A DNA stretch of 64,000 nt from Trypethelium eluteriae (taxonomy: Eukaryota): the NCBI GenBank assembly GCA_051942245.1, contig JAVECL010000040.1, forward strand, positions 1 to 64,000, read 5' to 3'. Numbering within the stretch: position 1 is the stretch's first letter; each line of letters begins with the position of its first letter. The notes under the pieces are model-generated. The model was not told the DNA's origin. It saw only the letters and a program-made list of their open reading frames with translations, and ran no database searches. The position numbers were made by a program, and so were the translations under genes. This document shows positions 23,755 to 37,580 of the stretch, piece after piece.

Positions 23755-24627
23755 TTAACCCTGAGTGATGGCTCTCCTCGCCCTGGTACCTCGTTGCCTC
23801 GCATTCAGCCTCAACTGTTCACGATGAACAGAATGAGGTGCTTTCTGCACAACTTCTTCACCCTCCGTAAGGATCATTTCGATGTGACATGGGTTCGACA
23901 TATAGGGATTAATCTGTCAAGAAACGATTAGCTCGAGAGTCAGAAGTGTCTACGCCATGGCGTTGAAGACACGTACCCTGCCGTGCGCACGATATGTACG
24001 CCTCCTCTGTTTGGGTGCCTGGTTGACTTGGATGTGTTTGACGACAAGGTTGCTAGTGTCAAGACCCTTGGTATCGGCATTCGCTTCGGCGTTTTTGAGA
24101 AGAGAGAGAAGGAACTCGGCGGACTTTACGGGCCAACGAGCCTTCGTGACGCCGAATTGCTTGCCTGATCACAGTGTTAAAGTCGTGTACTTCTGATGAA
24201 TCCATCTTTTCCAGCAAGTGATGCACTCGTCAACCATGCCACCTTTTCCAAATGGCTAATTTGGTACAGTGTAGCACTTGGGGCGTCGTATCAAAGATCG
24301 AAATCTCTTTCTCGCCCAGACGGCTTATGCATCCTCGCAACTGACAGACTTACCCTGTGCGGTGCGGCCAGTGCTCCCAGCATACCGTCTCATTGGCACT
24401 GCTTCTTTGTGTTCCCTCACGTTTTCCAAATAAGCCAACGCCCTGGATACCTTCCAACCGTTGATCGCTTGTGCGGTTTCGCGGGTGTTCTTAAAAGAAA
24501 CCCGAAGGTAAGAGCCTCGAGCGCGAGCGCTCTTGGCGGGTTCAATGTGGGTCGCGGCGTAGCGGACCTAGCTAGTATTTAGCATTGAATATGATAGTAG
24601 TTTAGGTGCAGACATAGTAATTACCAT
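23755..24627 (-). CDS. RPL17: 60S ribosomal protein L17 (uL22), four exons
   Basis: Spliced product [40 protein letters not shown]...[21 protein letters not shown]. Introns 24568-24624, 24165-24353, 23914-23976. Missed by the ORF track. Confidence 0.96.
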
Positions 24628-25087
24628 GGTGTTGGCAGGTCAGTGGTCCTCCAATGTATGGGAAACTCGCTATGGTAGGATTTGAGATCGATGTGGGATT
24701 TGGCGAGGTCGCGCACAGTTGGACGGGCCGGTGTTGTTCCGGTGGGCTCGAAATTTTAGGCGACGCTAAGCTTCTGCAGATAACCCCGACCATCGCGCGG
24801 CCAATCTTGAGCTTCAAGAATTCTCGAGCTCAATATACCACGACTCTCTCTGACAATTGCTCAGCCTTTAAAAACCTAAACGATCTCTCCGAGCTACGAG
24901 TTTCACGTTACACGAAATCAGCTACGGGTCGCCCATCCTGAGCAAAAGTCTTGACTGGTCCAAGCTACGCTGCACAACACCTACCATATCGCATTTGAGA
25001 TCTTCAAGAGCGCTCGTTTCACGCTAGGTATCTCAGATACGCATAAAGCTCAGGGAACTTGAAAGATAGCATCGAGAGCGCCTTGCG

Positions 25088-26189
25088 ATGGCTTTCGCTC
25101 CCAGAGGTGGACGAGCAGGCGGACGCGGAGGCCGTGGGGGAGGTCGCGGGGGAGGGCCTCCTGGTCGTGGTGGACGAGGTGGAAGCAGAGGTTCGTACGC
25201 TTTCTTGTTGGCAGTTTCCGATAAGATGGGACCACGATAATTTTATGCGTATTTTCCTAACGGTTTTCAGGCGGGTTTGGTGATCGCGGCGGAAGAGGAG
25301 GCACTCGGGGTGGGCGCGGCGCACCTCGTGGACGTGGAGCAGTACGAGGTGGCAGAGGAGGAAAGCCAGGCGCTAGAGGAGGTGCCAAGACCATCATCGT
25401 ACGTCTCTTGTTTCTATTTTTCCTTATCCTATTCATATAAGAAACACGCTCACCAGCTTCCCACAGGAACCACACAGGCACCCAGGTACCTTCATCGCGC
25501 GTGGTAAAGAAGACATGCTTGTCACCAGGAATTTAACTCCCGGTGAGGCTGTTTACGGGGAGAAGCGCATCAGCACTGAAGTCACATCTCAGCCAGGTGA
25601 GACGAATGGTGAAGTAGCTCCAGCAACGAAGATAGAGTACCGTGTCTGGAATCCTTTTCGCTCAAAGCTTGCCGCGGGTATTTTAGGCGGCATCGATGAG
25701 ATATTCATGAAACCCGGTAGCAAAGTCCTCTATTTGGGTGCTGCTAGCGGTACCAGCGTCTCTCATGTGTCTGACATCGTTGGTCCGGATGGGACAGTCT
25801 TTGCCGTGGAATTCTCTCACCGCAGCGGACGAGATCTTATCAACATGGCCACTCACCGCCCTAACATCATTCCTATCATTGAGGACGCACGACACCCTCT
25901 CAAATACCGCTTCCTGGTTTCGATGGTCGATTGTATTTTTGCTGATGTGGCACAACCAGATCAAGCTCGAATCGTCGCTATGAACGCCCACCTCTTCCTC
26001 AAGACCGGTGGAGGTATCCTGATCAGCATTAAGGCGAACTGCATTGATAGCACCGCGCCGCCGGAGCAAGTCTTCGCGCGGGAAGTGGTCAAGCTAAGGG
26101 AGGAAAGGATGAAGCCAAGAGAACAGATCACGCTGGAGCCTTTCGAACGAGACCATGCCATGGTGGCTTGTGTGTATAACAAATTTTAA
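25088..26189 (+). CDS. NOP1: Fibrillarin, rRNA 2'-O-methyltransferase
   Basis: RGG-rich N-terminus; [43 protein letters not shown]. Introns 25191-25270 and 25399-25466. Confidence 0.97.
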
Positions 26190-26732
26190 TTTAAAGGAAC
26201 AAAGGACGGGTCTCGATACTTCTTGTGGCTATTGTAGCTTTGGGCTACGACTTTTCGGCATTCATGGCTGCTGGGCGTTTGAAGGGTGTGCCTCTGTACC
26301 CAAGGCTTTGCTTAATTATGGTGTTGAACTGTCCAAAATCTCAAACACTTATGCATCTGTATACTGCAGAAAAAGAAAAGAGAGCATGTAAAAATGCAGT
26401 TCCAATCAGTGTCCTCGACCTCGCATAATGCGCGTAAGGCTTAAGGTACCTACAGGCTCGGTTGTGTGCACGGGCCTCATGATAGTTAGGTAGGCGCGGT
26501 CAAAGGCCACGATTGACGATGCGAGTGCAGACCGTGAGACTCCTGCAACGAAAATCTACTCAACACCGCGATCCCCTGGCACTACTCTTGCCTCCACGAT
26601 GATCTTCTTCGCCGCTTTACTTATCCAGAATCTGAGACATTTGACTCGCTGAGCGTCACTCCTCACCTGTACACTGCCATCAACCTCTGGCGTCTTTATT
26701 GTCCCACTTAAGGACTGTATTATCCCGCCAAA

Positions 26733-28982
26733 ATGTCGACAGACTATACCTACGATGAACAGGTACACTCCTAGATCAGCGTTAATATCTCCACCAGCTA
26801 AACTCCTTTAGGGGCAATTCTTCCCTTACTTTGTCCTTGTCATAACTGGCCTGGTCACACTTCCGACGACCTACTCTCTCTTACGGCCCAGCAAAGGTTT
26901 GCCAAACCCGAGTTCCCTATCTTACTAGTATGAGTCATCTAATTTCAACTACCTTCAGATCCTCAAAATACTGCACCGCGGATCAAATCCGATTTTCAAC
27001 CCGATCATGCAAATCTCATTGAGGGACAGCGGAGAAAGCAGAAGCGACGGGAACTCAAGACCAAGCGCATGCTTACAACATTTGCAGGATGGCTTCTGAT
27101 GGCTTATATGGTCTATTTGATGTTGGTCACCGCGCGCCTTACATCGAAGATATGGGACCCCTACGAGGTTTTGGGCATTTCGAGGTCCGCGGATGAGAAG
27201 GCGATCAAGTCACATTACCGAAGACTATCAATTACGCACCATCCTGACAAGAGGCAGCCAGACGCCGCGAAAAACGAGACCATCGAGACCATCAATGATG
27301 AATGGGTCGATATTACCAAGGCATTCAAGACTCTGACCGATGAAGAGATTCGCAACAATTATCTCCAGTACGGTCATCCGGACGGAAAACAAAGCTTTAG
27401 TATCGGCATCGCTCTTCCGCAATTCATTGTGACTGAGGGCAATGGAAAATACGTGTTGCTGCTGTATGGCGCTCTGCTTGGTGTACTCCTACCTTATCTT
27501 GTGGGCCGATGGTGGTATGGCACGCAACGAGTCACACGAGAGAAAGTGTTGGTGTCGACTGCAGGAAAGCTGTTCAGAGAGTACAATGAAGAAATTGACG
27601 CCGGTGGGGTGATTGGGGCGTTGAGTGCGGGGGACGAGTACCAGGAGGCTCTGAAGGGCAACAAAGCAGAACTAGGGTTGAATACAGTCGAAAAAAAGAT
27701 CACAGCGAAAGGTCAGTCCACACCTATGATCTCGGGCATGGCCGAAAAGGACCGCGACAAGTTGCAAGATTTGGAAGGTGGGCTACGTCGAAAGATTTTA
27801 GCCCTACTTTGGGCGTATCTTGGCCGCGTAGAGTTGGATGACCGGACACTGGATGATGAAAAATTCGAGGTTGCACCTACAGCACTTGCTCTGTCTGAAT
27901 CGTTTATCGCAATTGCGTTGGCTTTTGGAAACACGAAACCTCTGCTTTCTGCTTTCTATGCTCGTCAGCATTTGATTCAGGCCATACCCCCTCGCTCGTC
28001 ACCGCTCCTTCAACTTCCTAATATGACCCCAGCCGCAATATCGGCTGCCGAAGGAGGCAACAGCAAAAAGCATATCTCGCTGCAAACTTTCATGAACTCT
28101 CCGGACCATGTTCGTCAGAAACAAGTAGTCGGCTCCGGCTTGCTTACTCAAGCGCAGTACAAGGTGGCGATACAGACAGCTTCCCAGATACCAGCTTTGG
28201 TGGTAGAGAAGGCCTTCTTCAAAGTCCAAGGCGAACGGCACGTCATCCCAAATTCTCTCGTCTCTCTTATTATCAAAGGTCGCATCATACCGCCTGGGAC
28301 ACGCAACATCCCAGCAATCAACGAGAAAGACTTGCTAGACAAGGACCCTCCAGAAACAACCAAAGCATCTCAGGAAGTGGAGGAAAAGCGAATACAGCCG
28401 CCGCTTGCTCACGCGCCTTACCTCGCGCGGGATCATGCGCCCCGTTGGTATCTCTTCCTTGGAGACAGCAAGCAGGGCAAGATTGCAGTGCCGCCTCCAC
28501 AAACGCCCTTCACTACATTCGACAAGCCAGTCTTTGACGATCAAGGTCGGCCCACGTTCAACATGCAAACATTGAAGATGCAATTTGGAGCGCCACCGCA
28601 GGTAGGAGAATATAAATTTGTGATGCATCTAGTGTGTGATAGTTACGTTGGTTTGGACACGAAGCTGGAGGTTACACTGGTGGTGGAGGATCCGGCCAAG
28701 GCGGAGGAAATTGACGAGGATGAGGAAATTAGCGAACCCGAGGAGGGTAAGTCCAGCATGTTGATCACTCAACAGCGATTTGAGGATGCTAACGTGACCG
28801 CAGACTCGCTGGCTGGCCAGATGCAAGCTCTCAAGGGCAATGCAAATGGCGGACAGACGTCCAAAAAGAGCCGAAAGGCACAGTCGGTCGACGAGGAGGA
28901 TGATAGCGGAAGTGATACTGAAGGCGATGAGGCGGAGACGGAGAGCGAGACCGATACAGACACGGACACAGACGAGGAGTGA
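26733..28982 (+). CDS. SEC63: ER translocon J-domain protein Sec63
   Basis: Start MSTDYTYDEQGQFFPYF; J-domain HPDK; YGHPDGKQSFSIGIALP; acidic tail. Introns 26763-26811, 26897-26958, 28747-28803. Confidence 0.95.
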
Positions 28983-30100
28983 AATGAGGGCTATTCCAAT
29001 ATATTTGTCTACACTACCACGGCGTAAAAGCATAGTAATGGCGCTTGGGGTGGGCATGCCTGTATCGTGCTTGGAGCATAGCTGAATTCAAACTTGTACA
29101 TTGGCTCACGGATGTTCCAAGCGACCCAGGTGCGATGCTTTGTAAGATAAAGTATTTTGGGAAATGGGATGGACTTATGCTACTTGTGATGAGATGATGA
29201 TACGATGATACTCCTTACGTTGCACATGCCAGAAGCACGACCGAAGGGATGCAGAATGGCACATTGCCTTGTTGAATTCCACTTCACTCATTCTTTTGTA
29301 TTCTGCACCATCGTGCATAGTGTCGCCGATGCAGCGCATCACCGTATAAACCTCACAGGAGGTCTTCCTAGTCCTGGAATAATCTGCATAAAAGGCCGGG
29401 ATCAGGCATTAAATCAGGTAAAGCGGCTTTCAACTTTAATCTAAACCTTGGCGGATTCCCTTTGAACCGGTCTCATAAAGTCATGTACATGAAAACATTG
29501 TCCACGGAGATGGCGAAGTCTGTTCTGCGCCGGTCAGCCGGAGCCAGGCGTACACAGCGATTTTTCATTGCTCCCAACACGTTGTCCCGTTGTTGGAGCT
29601 CAGCGGGCTCAGTTACAAAGGTGACGCTGCCTGTGGCACTCCCCCACGCTTTCGACATGGCCCTCTTCCAACCAACAAATGCCATTCATATCGAGCCATG
29701 CTACGTACGTTGATAACAGATCATCGTTTCACGTCATCACTTTTTCTTTACGCTGCATCATGCTCGATACAGTAATCCTATCAATTATGTCGTTGAGCTG
29801 CGCCTCGTAGCACCCAAAGCTTCTGCTGGTTGTGCAAGTACACAGCTTGTGGCATGATACCACAATGGCCAAGATGCATGGACCTATGAAAGCAATGAAG
29901 GATAAGGGCCTGTCACCATGGACTGATGGTCAATCTCCATCCAAGCTACCATCATTTTTCAAAGGTGAGGAAATCCGTTCTTGCCTTTCAACTATCTCCA
30001 GAGTTGGTTCGAAGCTTGACAAGTTCGCCCGCCAAATGCCCATTAAGGTCCCCAAGCTTCAATAGCGAGCAAGGAATTACAATGATCAGGTTGTTAACAC

Positions 30101-31437
30101 ATGTCGACTTTTTCAGCAAACGGCCATCCTCTCCCAAATGCACATGGCAGTTACCTTCGACCACGCAGATATTCCAACGGCACACTCAGACGAATGCGTA
30201 TTAGAAATGCCATCCTCACTATCCTCACGATCATCGCCGCATTCGTGCTTGTTCATCGATACACAGGTCAGCATACAGCAATTGCTCCACAGAGTGGCAG
30301 CCCGCGCATTGCCAAAGTGACAGCTCTCTATGGACATCCACATCCGCTCTATGAGCGCGCAATAAGAACACACAAGAAGCATAACCAAAAGCACGGATAT
30401 CATCAATACGTGCTGGATCGACAGTTAACTAATGGATACTGGAACAAATTTGCATATCTTCTGCATCTGGTCATACAGGAGCTGGCAAAGCCAGAAAGTC
30501 AAAGGATAGAATGGTTCTTGTAAGAACATGTAACCTCGCAATACACTTGGACTAAAGCTGACAGAGAGACTGATCTAGCTGGACCGACCCCAATGTCATC
30601 ATACTCAATCCCAACATACCTCTCTCAATCTTCCTTCCACCCTCCGATCTCACTGACATCAATCTCCTCGCCACCAAAGACCGCAGCGGCCTGAACCCTT
30701 CATCCTTCTTCCTCCGTGTCGACGAAGACTCCATGCGCCTCCTCGTCTCCATCCTCAGCCAACCCGCGCTCGACCCCGAAGAAACCTCCAAAGCCTACGC
30801 CAAAGACCAGGAGCTCTTCCAAAAAGTCGCGCAGAGCGACGAGTACAAGCCCATGATGCTGTACACACCGCGCCCGTGGTTCAACGCCGAGCAGAAGCGC
30901 GCGCACGCCGACGACGACCCCGACGACTTCGCCGGCGTCTTCGAAGGCGGGTACGGCGCGCTGCTGGTGAACTTCCCTCGCCTAAACGGCGACCGCTGGC
31001 AGAGCATGGCGGGCTACCTGGACAAGGTCGAGCGGTCGTCGAATCCGTACAGCGTCGCGCTGCGCGACACCGCGTACGTGGCTAATACGACGCATTTCTG
31101 GCAGCGCGTCCACGGCGCGCGCGACCTCCTTTGGGAGACGGATGACCTGCTGCGCCCGGTCGGCGAGTGGCCGGAGAAATACCCGGGGATCAACTACGCG
31201 CGGAATAAAGTCATTGATATGTTGGCGGCGGAGGCGGACCAGGAGGATGTCCTGAATGAAGCCGTTAAGGGCTTGCAAGGGGAGTATGAGAGGGTCAAGG
31301 CGGAGGAGATGAAGAGTCGAGACGAGTATAAAGTGTGGAGGGCGGAGATGACGCAGCATGAGATTGAGCTGACGAAGGAGATGGAGGGTGACTTGAAGAA
31401 GGAGAAGGAGCAGCGGATGAAGTTGAAGAAGGCATGA
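30101..31437 (+). CDS. GT34 (GMA12/MNN10-like) glycosyltransferase-family type II membrane protein
   Basis: N-terminal TM segment; IAKVTALYG, YERAIRTH, YWNKFAYLL, EWFFWTDPNVIILNPNIPL. Intron 30520-30578. Confidence 0.85.
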
Positions 31438-31822
31438 GGGCTGGACTCGACCTATTGATGAGCCGATTGATCGGCTCTAGCATATTCGCTGAGGTGATCA
31501 CCTGGGGAAAAATATATGGATGGGTTTAAGCGGCATTCATAATGGCGTTGGTTTGGAGGAGCTGTATATTTGTACTTGTCGTTTCGCGTTATGTCTCCAC
31601 GGTTCCTATTCACCAGCGTGCCGCATTCTTCCTGTTGAACGTGGAGATCGCAAAGTAATTCAATAGAGTGATATCTCCTTCGTACATATACGAACGTCTG
31701 AGAATATTCTCGCCTGTCGGCTCTATATACAGAGACTGACTGCCTATTCAGGCGTATATGCAGAGCCAATGGTCAGTTGCTTGACGTGGTGACTGTAGAT
31801 TCCTTTTTCCTAATCCATCCAT

Positions 31823-34800
31823 CTATTGTAGCATTCCATCAAGACTCTCCCCAAGCACCCCTTCGATCTGTTGAATCCATCTATGGACCTCTTTCTCCAC
31901 TATCTCATCATCATCTTCCTGCAGCTCGCTGATGTACGGGATCATTTCCGGCAACATACCCAACCAGTCTTCTCCCAATCTTCCCGTCAACGCTTGTTCT
32001 GTTTTGACCGCTGCAAGGCGGACTGCCGCGCTTGCCGATCGTAGTTTGGGAAGGAGGTGCGAGTTGAGTGTTTTGTGGTGCTCCAAGGACGAGGAAGCCG
32101 ATGCAAAGGCGACGATTGTAGGGATGAGAACGCCGTCAGGGGAGAGCGGATCTGCCTCGGAGGTTTCGCCGCGGTCGAAAGAAGCACTGGTAAGAAGCGA
32201 AAGAAGTGGCTCGCAAATGGGATCACAGTGAGAGGGCGATTGCCAGAACTCGCTCTCGTCGTAGTCAAAGGACTTTCGTAGAGCGCGCAGAGAACCGCTC
32301 AGGAGGATCGAAAGATCACGCTCGCCGCTCTCTTCTTGGACCCCTTGTGCTAGGATCTGCGCTGCAGGCCCGAGAATGTAATGAGAGTACTTTGTGACGA
32401 TGGTTTTGAGGGAATCGAACAAGCGTTCGCAAAAGGAGAACAAGGTGATGGAGCGTAAGATCTTGACGTCTTTTTGAGCTTGATTTTCCGAGGCCGATTC
32501 CACCAACCGGACAAAAAATGGCCGAAAGATGGTGTCGTTTATCTTGAAAACCATCGCAAGCACGCTGTCACATATTAGACTCTCTAGGTACACAATACGC
32601 TCATCTGAAAAGTCGTTGGTATCCCCCGATCTAGTCACAGAGCGAAGGTCAAAGATTTTCAGAAATAGACCAAACAAGATTGAAGAATTTTTGACTACTT
32701 GCTGATTTTGGCTTCCAGAGATAGCTGATCTCAAGATAGCAAGGAACTCTTCAATAGCTTCGGAACCTGCCTGAACTGCGTTGTGCCATGTTCTGTCGAG
32801 TGCAGAGAACAGTTCCTTCGGCCCGGACTTCTTTGGGAGCAGCTCTGTAAATTCTTGACGAGATACGGACATTCTAAATTTGTCGCTAGAAGTCATTGAT
32901 CTGAAACACAATGCGAGTGCCATATCTAGGTGCTTGCCCAACAACATGAAGGGTAGCCGATCGGTCACTGCGATGATCATCCTGAAGACGGCATCGTGAA
33001 GTTGTATGTTAGATTCGTCGGTGGATAGTGTCGATTCTAAAAATTGGAATCCCTTGGACAGAATCTGTGGAAGGAGTGGGATGAAGTCATCCTGTAATAC
33101 CTCCACCATGCCAGCCAAAGTGAGTAGTGAGATCACTTTTATGCTATCGTTGTTATCCCCGAGTGCCTGTTCGCTAGCAATGGCTTTGGCTGCACTCAGA
33201 GCTGCTTCCAAATCTTTTTTCCCGCACTTATCGAGAATATTACCAATGCAAGAAATGGCAGTTGCTTTGAACGCTACTTCAGACGACTTCTGCATCATCT
33301 CAATCAGACTTGGAAGGAATTCTATTAGTGCCAAACGAGCCTTCAGGTCTCGTTCGTCAATACCATCCAGGCGAGCTCCAAGAGCAATCAGAGCCCTACG
33401 GCAGATTTCATGAGAATGTTCTTGTAGAAGGCGCTTAGCGGATTCAATAAAGTCTGTGACTGGTGGCAAAGCAAGAGTTGCCGCTTCCATCTCACGGACC
33501 GAGGCTTGAAGAGGGCTAACGACTTTGACGATCTGCGAAAGCTCAATCGATTTACTAAGAAGTGCGTGGTACTGTGTCCGAATCTCGTCGGTGGTCGTCC
33601 TGTTAGTGCGCTTGACACCTCTGAACTTTGCTTTCAGCTGCGGTGAGCTCAAGATGATAGCTAGAACTTGTAAAATCTGCCTGAGTGATGTCGCGATCTG
33701 GTCCTCCGTCTTTTCATTCGAAGCTAGAAGGACTTGGGAAAGGGCTCCGGATGCTGGTAGCGCATCGACAGCGAGTTCGAGGCATTTTTGGCATGCCTCA
33801 ATTTGCTCGATAGCACTAAAGCTACTCAGTAACTCCTCAGCAAAAGCTTTAGCATCATCGTCGTTGGAGTATCGATCCATGAGCATCGAAATAACAGCAA
33901 AGAGTGATTGCTGGGTTCCAATAGTTTGCAATAGGTTTTGAAATAAATGCAATCGACGATGAGATGGAATATGCTCGTAGGCCGCCACGAAGCTTAACAG
34001 AAGCTCTGAAATACCAGCGATGAGGCCCTGATTCTTCCTCTGCAACGATGCTAGAAGAGGTGGTACAACTCGAGACACTGTTGTATCCACAACGTGCGCC
34101 GAGTACTCGTCAGATTGTCTCATAAGGGTAGAGCCCATGAATGTGAAGATCGGCATCACGCTGTGAAGTACTCGATCGGGAACCCACACTGCTAGGCTTG
34201 AGATGAGCAGTAAAGCGGCGTTGTGGACCTGAGGATTTGATGTCGTTCGCAAGCAATCGACCAAGAGATCGGCACGCACGGAGTGCTCCATCTCCTGAGG
34301 AAGAGTACCTTCTCCATTATCCACGATCTCCGTTATGTTGGTGATTGTAATTGTTTGCAGATAGGAAAGATCAGAGTCAGCCTGGCCCTTGTACTGCTGC
34401 AGTTCGTCGAGCACGTGGAATAGGCTCCGGAGAAGTTCGGGTTTCTTCCTGGAGCTCGAAATTCCAACTAGATCAAGGATGAAGGTAGTTCGCCGGAGTA
34501 TTCGACTCATATCCTCCTGAACAGTAATACCATTTGTTCCTCTTCCACTCCTGCTAGTACGGCGCCTTTTAGCGGCTGGATGTTGATCGACTGCGTGCCC
34601 GGGACTTTGTATGCTATCAAGAAGTAATGTCAGTATCTCCCCAGATAAAGATATAGCTCGCAAGGTGTCTGCGGCATCCACTTGAATGGATTGAATCTGT
34701 ACGTCCGATGGTGTCTCCAGAGACCAATCAAGAAGGGTGTCTGCCATGGAGAGGCGGTTGTTCGCTGAAAGACTGGGCCATATTTCCTGAATGCGATTGA

Positions 34801-37273
34801 AGGCTGCTTGCTGGAGGCCTGCTCGACCACCTGTGGAGCCTCCTTGCGCAGCTGAGCGAAGAAGATCAAGAGCTCCGTCGTCTTTGGCGAACAGGATACC
34901 AAGATAAGCACGGTCGAGGAGTTTCGATGCAAGGTGCTCACGGTCGCATATTGACTCTACTTCCTGCAATGGTAACATAATCCATTTCCGCACGTCAGGC
35001 TGCAGATGTCGACCCCTCGAGGACGATATAGATTTGCCGACTCGTCCAAGGATTTGTAACAGCCGCAATTTCACATTGTATGAGCGGACAACGCAAACAT
35101 GGCTGCATAAGAACTCTGTAAATGCAGTCCTCACCTTAGACTTGAGGTAGACCGAGTCTCCGGATTTTTCTGATTCCTGACCAGTCTGAGGTTTTCTCAA
35201 GACATGCTCGATGACATTCGATATTTGTGAAGCGTCCAGGGCGCATTCGTGGAGTTTCGCAGCAATGACCGACATGACTTTCTCTATTTCGCTCATGAAC
35301 ATCCACTCAATGCCTTCCGCGGCCTGCCCGTAAAGGGCGTTTCTGAAGCTTTCCCTTTGGCCCTTACTCTCTTCGGAAGAGCGCTGCTTCATTGACAGTC
35401 CAAGATCCAGAGCCGCTCTTCGGACCCTCGGAGACTCATCAGCAAGGGCATGCAGCAAATAGGGTATCAATGTCTGTTCGTCGAAGCTTTGGCTTTGCTG
35501 GACTAGATTTGTCATCAGCTCGAGAGCCTTGGTTCTCGAGCCAATTGGAGAAGGTCCCGACCACAGTCGAATGTAGAATGAAGAAAGCGCAGCATGCCCG
35601 CCGTGTTTCCAGATATCCAGTGTGTCAAATTGAAGCTGATAATTATCAGTAGCATTCGCAGGGAAGAACACTTGATGGAGCTGCTCGAATAAGTCTGGCA
35701 TGTCCGTGGTTAAGAAGGAAGCATTTTCCGGTATGTGCTTGGGTAGGCTTCTGACGATGTCCGCAAAAGGCGTTTTGGTATTTTCTTCCAAGACAACGTC
35801 TGAAGACGTTACTTCATCTGAGGTTCCTACTGGGACTTCCAGTCGAGACCTAATGGGAGTTCGGAGTCCTGCCTCCAATTGCTCAAGATCGATATGGAGC
35901 CTTTGAAGCACCTGTTGTGTCAAAGGCTCTAGGTGAGGAGATCCGAGTAGCGTTTCAAAGATGCGAGACAGGGCCTGGGTGAGATCGGCATGCGACATTA
36001 AATCATCTTTCGAGTTGTTTACGACTTCTGCAAAGGCTTCTATGATCCTGGTGGTCTGCGTCTCGTCGAAAATTCGGTTTGACAACAGCTGGTCACCTAG
36101 CCTGATTCCTTGTATACGATCAGAGGGTTTGGATCGCTTCAGTGCACCCAATATTAGTCCGAGGGCCAATTTATCAACTCTGTATTCTTGAGATAGCAAA
36201 CTTAAGCGGCCAGAAAGGCTCTCAAAGGTTATCAGATGTTTGACAACGGCTTTGGGAAGCTTAAAGCTTTGTCTTTCTTGAGCTATGACAGCCAAGGTGA
36301 TCAGACCAGGGTCCGACGAGTGCGTTCCCAGCCCGCCCGAGATTGTCTTCATCATACCATCCAACACTTCATCCTCAAGGTTTCCTTTGGTAGCTAAGAT
36401 TGTGCATATCATATAGCATCCAATCACTAGCTCGGGCACGTTCGAGACTGTCAGTGCATCATTGATCACGGGAAGAGTTCGCAAGAGCAAGTCTTCTTCC
36501 TGCCGTCGCTGAACTTCAGATCTTCCTGATTGAGCTTGATCAATCATGCTGTTCAAAGCCTGAGAAATGATGCTGGCCCAGAACGCTAGTAATGTGGATG
36601 AATGTTGACCAGCCTTTGCTACCCCAGTGACGTATTTATTGAAGGCAGTGAAAGTGGGTGTATTATGTCCGATAGTGTATACAATTGTGCTTCTTGGTGG
36701 GTTCACAAGTGATTTGATGTATGGATATAGGAAACGACAGGTAGGTGGAATGTTCGCTGGTAATATAGAAAGGAGGCCGAGGAAAATGTGTGACTCATGA
36801 TATGGCAGAAAAGTTAAGATCGTGATTTGCGTGTTGTACTCGTGTATTCTGGTAAAGTTATCAATAGGATATTATGTCCAATTCAAATTCCTCACGCACC
36901 TAAAGCGTCTGACGAGCCATTCAACAGCTTTATGAGCTGGCTTGAGCAAAAGTCTGCCACTGACAAGTCCGAGAAACCTCTCAAGAACAGCATCCAGCTC
37001 TTCATTCTCCTTTTCAGTCATTTGGGTGCGATCTTCCAATTTGCTCTGCCCGCTGAATAAATTCCGAGAGAAAGGAATGAAGCGAGAATCGAGCAAACAT
37101 AGCTCTTGGAAGCCTTCCTGACAAATTTGGTAGATGGTATCGAAGCTTTGGGTGACGGCATCCTTGGGATCAAATAATAGAGACTTAGAATGCGCTGCCC
37201 TCTGAGCTTTCAAGTCAAGTTGCTGCGTGCTGTTGGATGCAATTTGTGCAAGTTGTTTCTGTAAAGACGTCAT
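31823..37273 (-). CDS. UTP10: U3 snoRNA-associated HEAT-repeat protein Utp10
   Basis: MTSLQKQLAQIA start; KAVEWLVRRFRIHEYN; VLHSVMPIFTFMG; C-terminal LPEMIPYISELQEDDDE. Intron 36849-36899. Confidence 0.95.
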
Positions 37274-37580
37274 CTTTACTTAAAAGTGAGTTCCTTATAT
37301 TCTTGGCTGATCATGAGTAACCTCGTTCCGATCATGCTGCCCTTCCGTCGTCAGGTACAAAGATTCAGAGATTTATGCACTTAATTGCGAAGAAGATGAG
37401 TTGATGCCGTGTGCGGTAGAGAATTTTGGTAAAGGTACCCGTACCTAAGTCAATTCTGCCATATTTGACCGCCCCTTCTCCGCAACAAACCTCCGGCAGG
37501 AACTCACCTCCGCACCTCCGAATGCAGCTCAGGGTAATACCGCAAATGCCCAGACACTTATTGAAAGTTGAGACTAATAA

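Noticed and set aside
24165..24353. Possible intronic snoRNA in the 189-nt RPL17 intron
   Set aside because: No sense-strand box C (RTGATGA)/box D pair or clear H/ACA structure seen by eye; an Infernal/Rfam scan would settle it.
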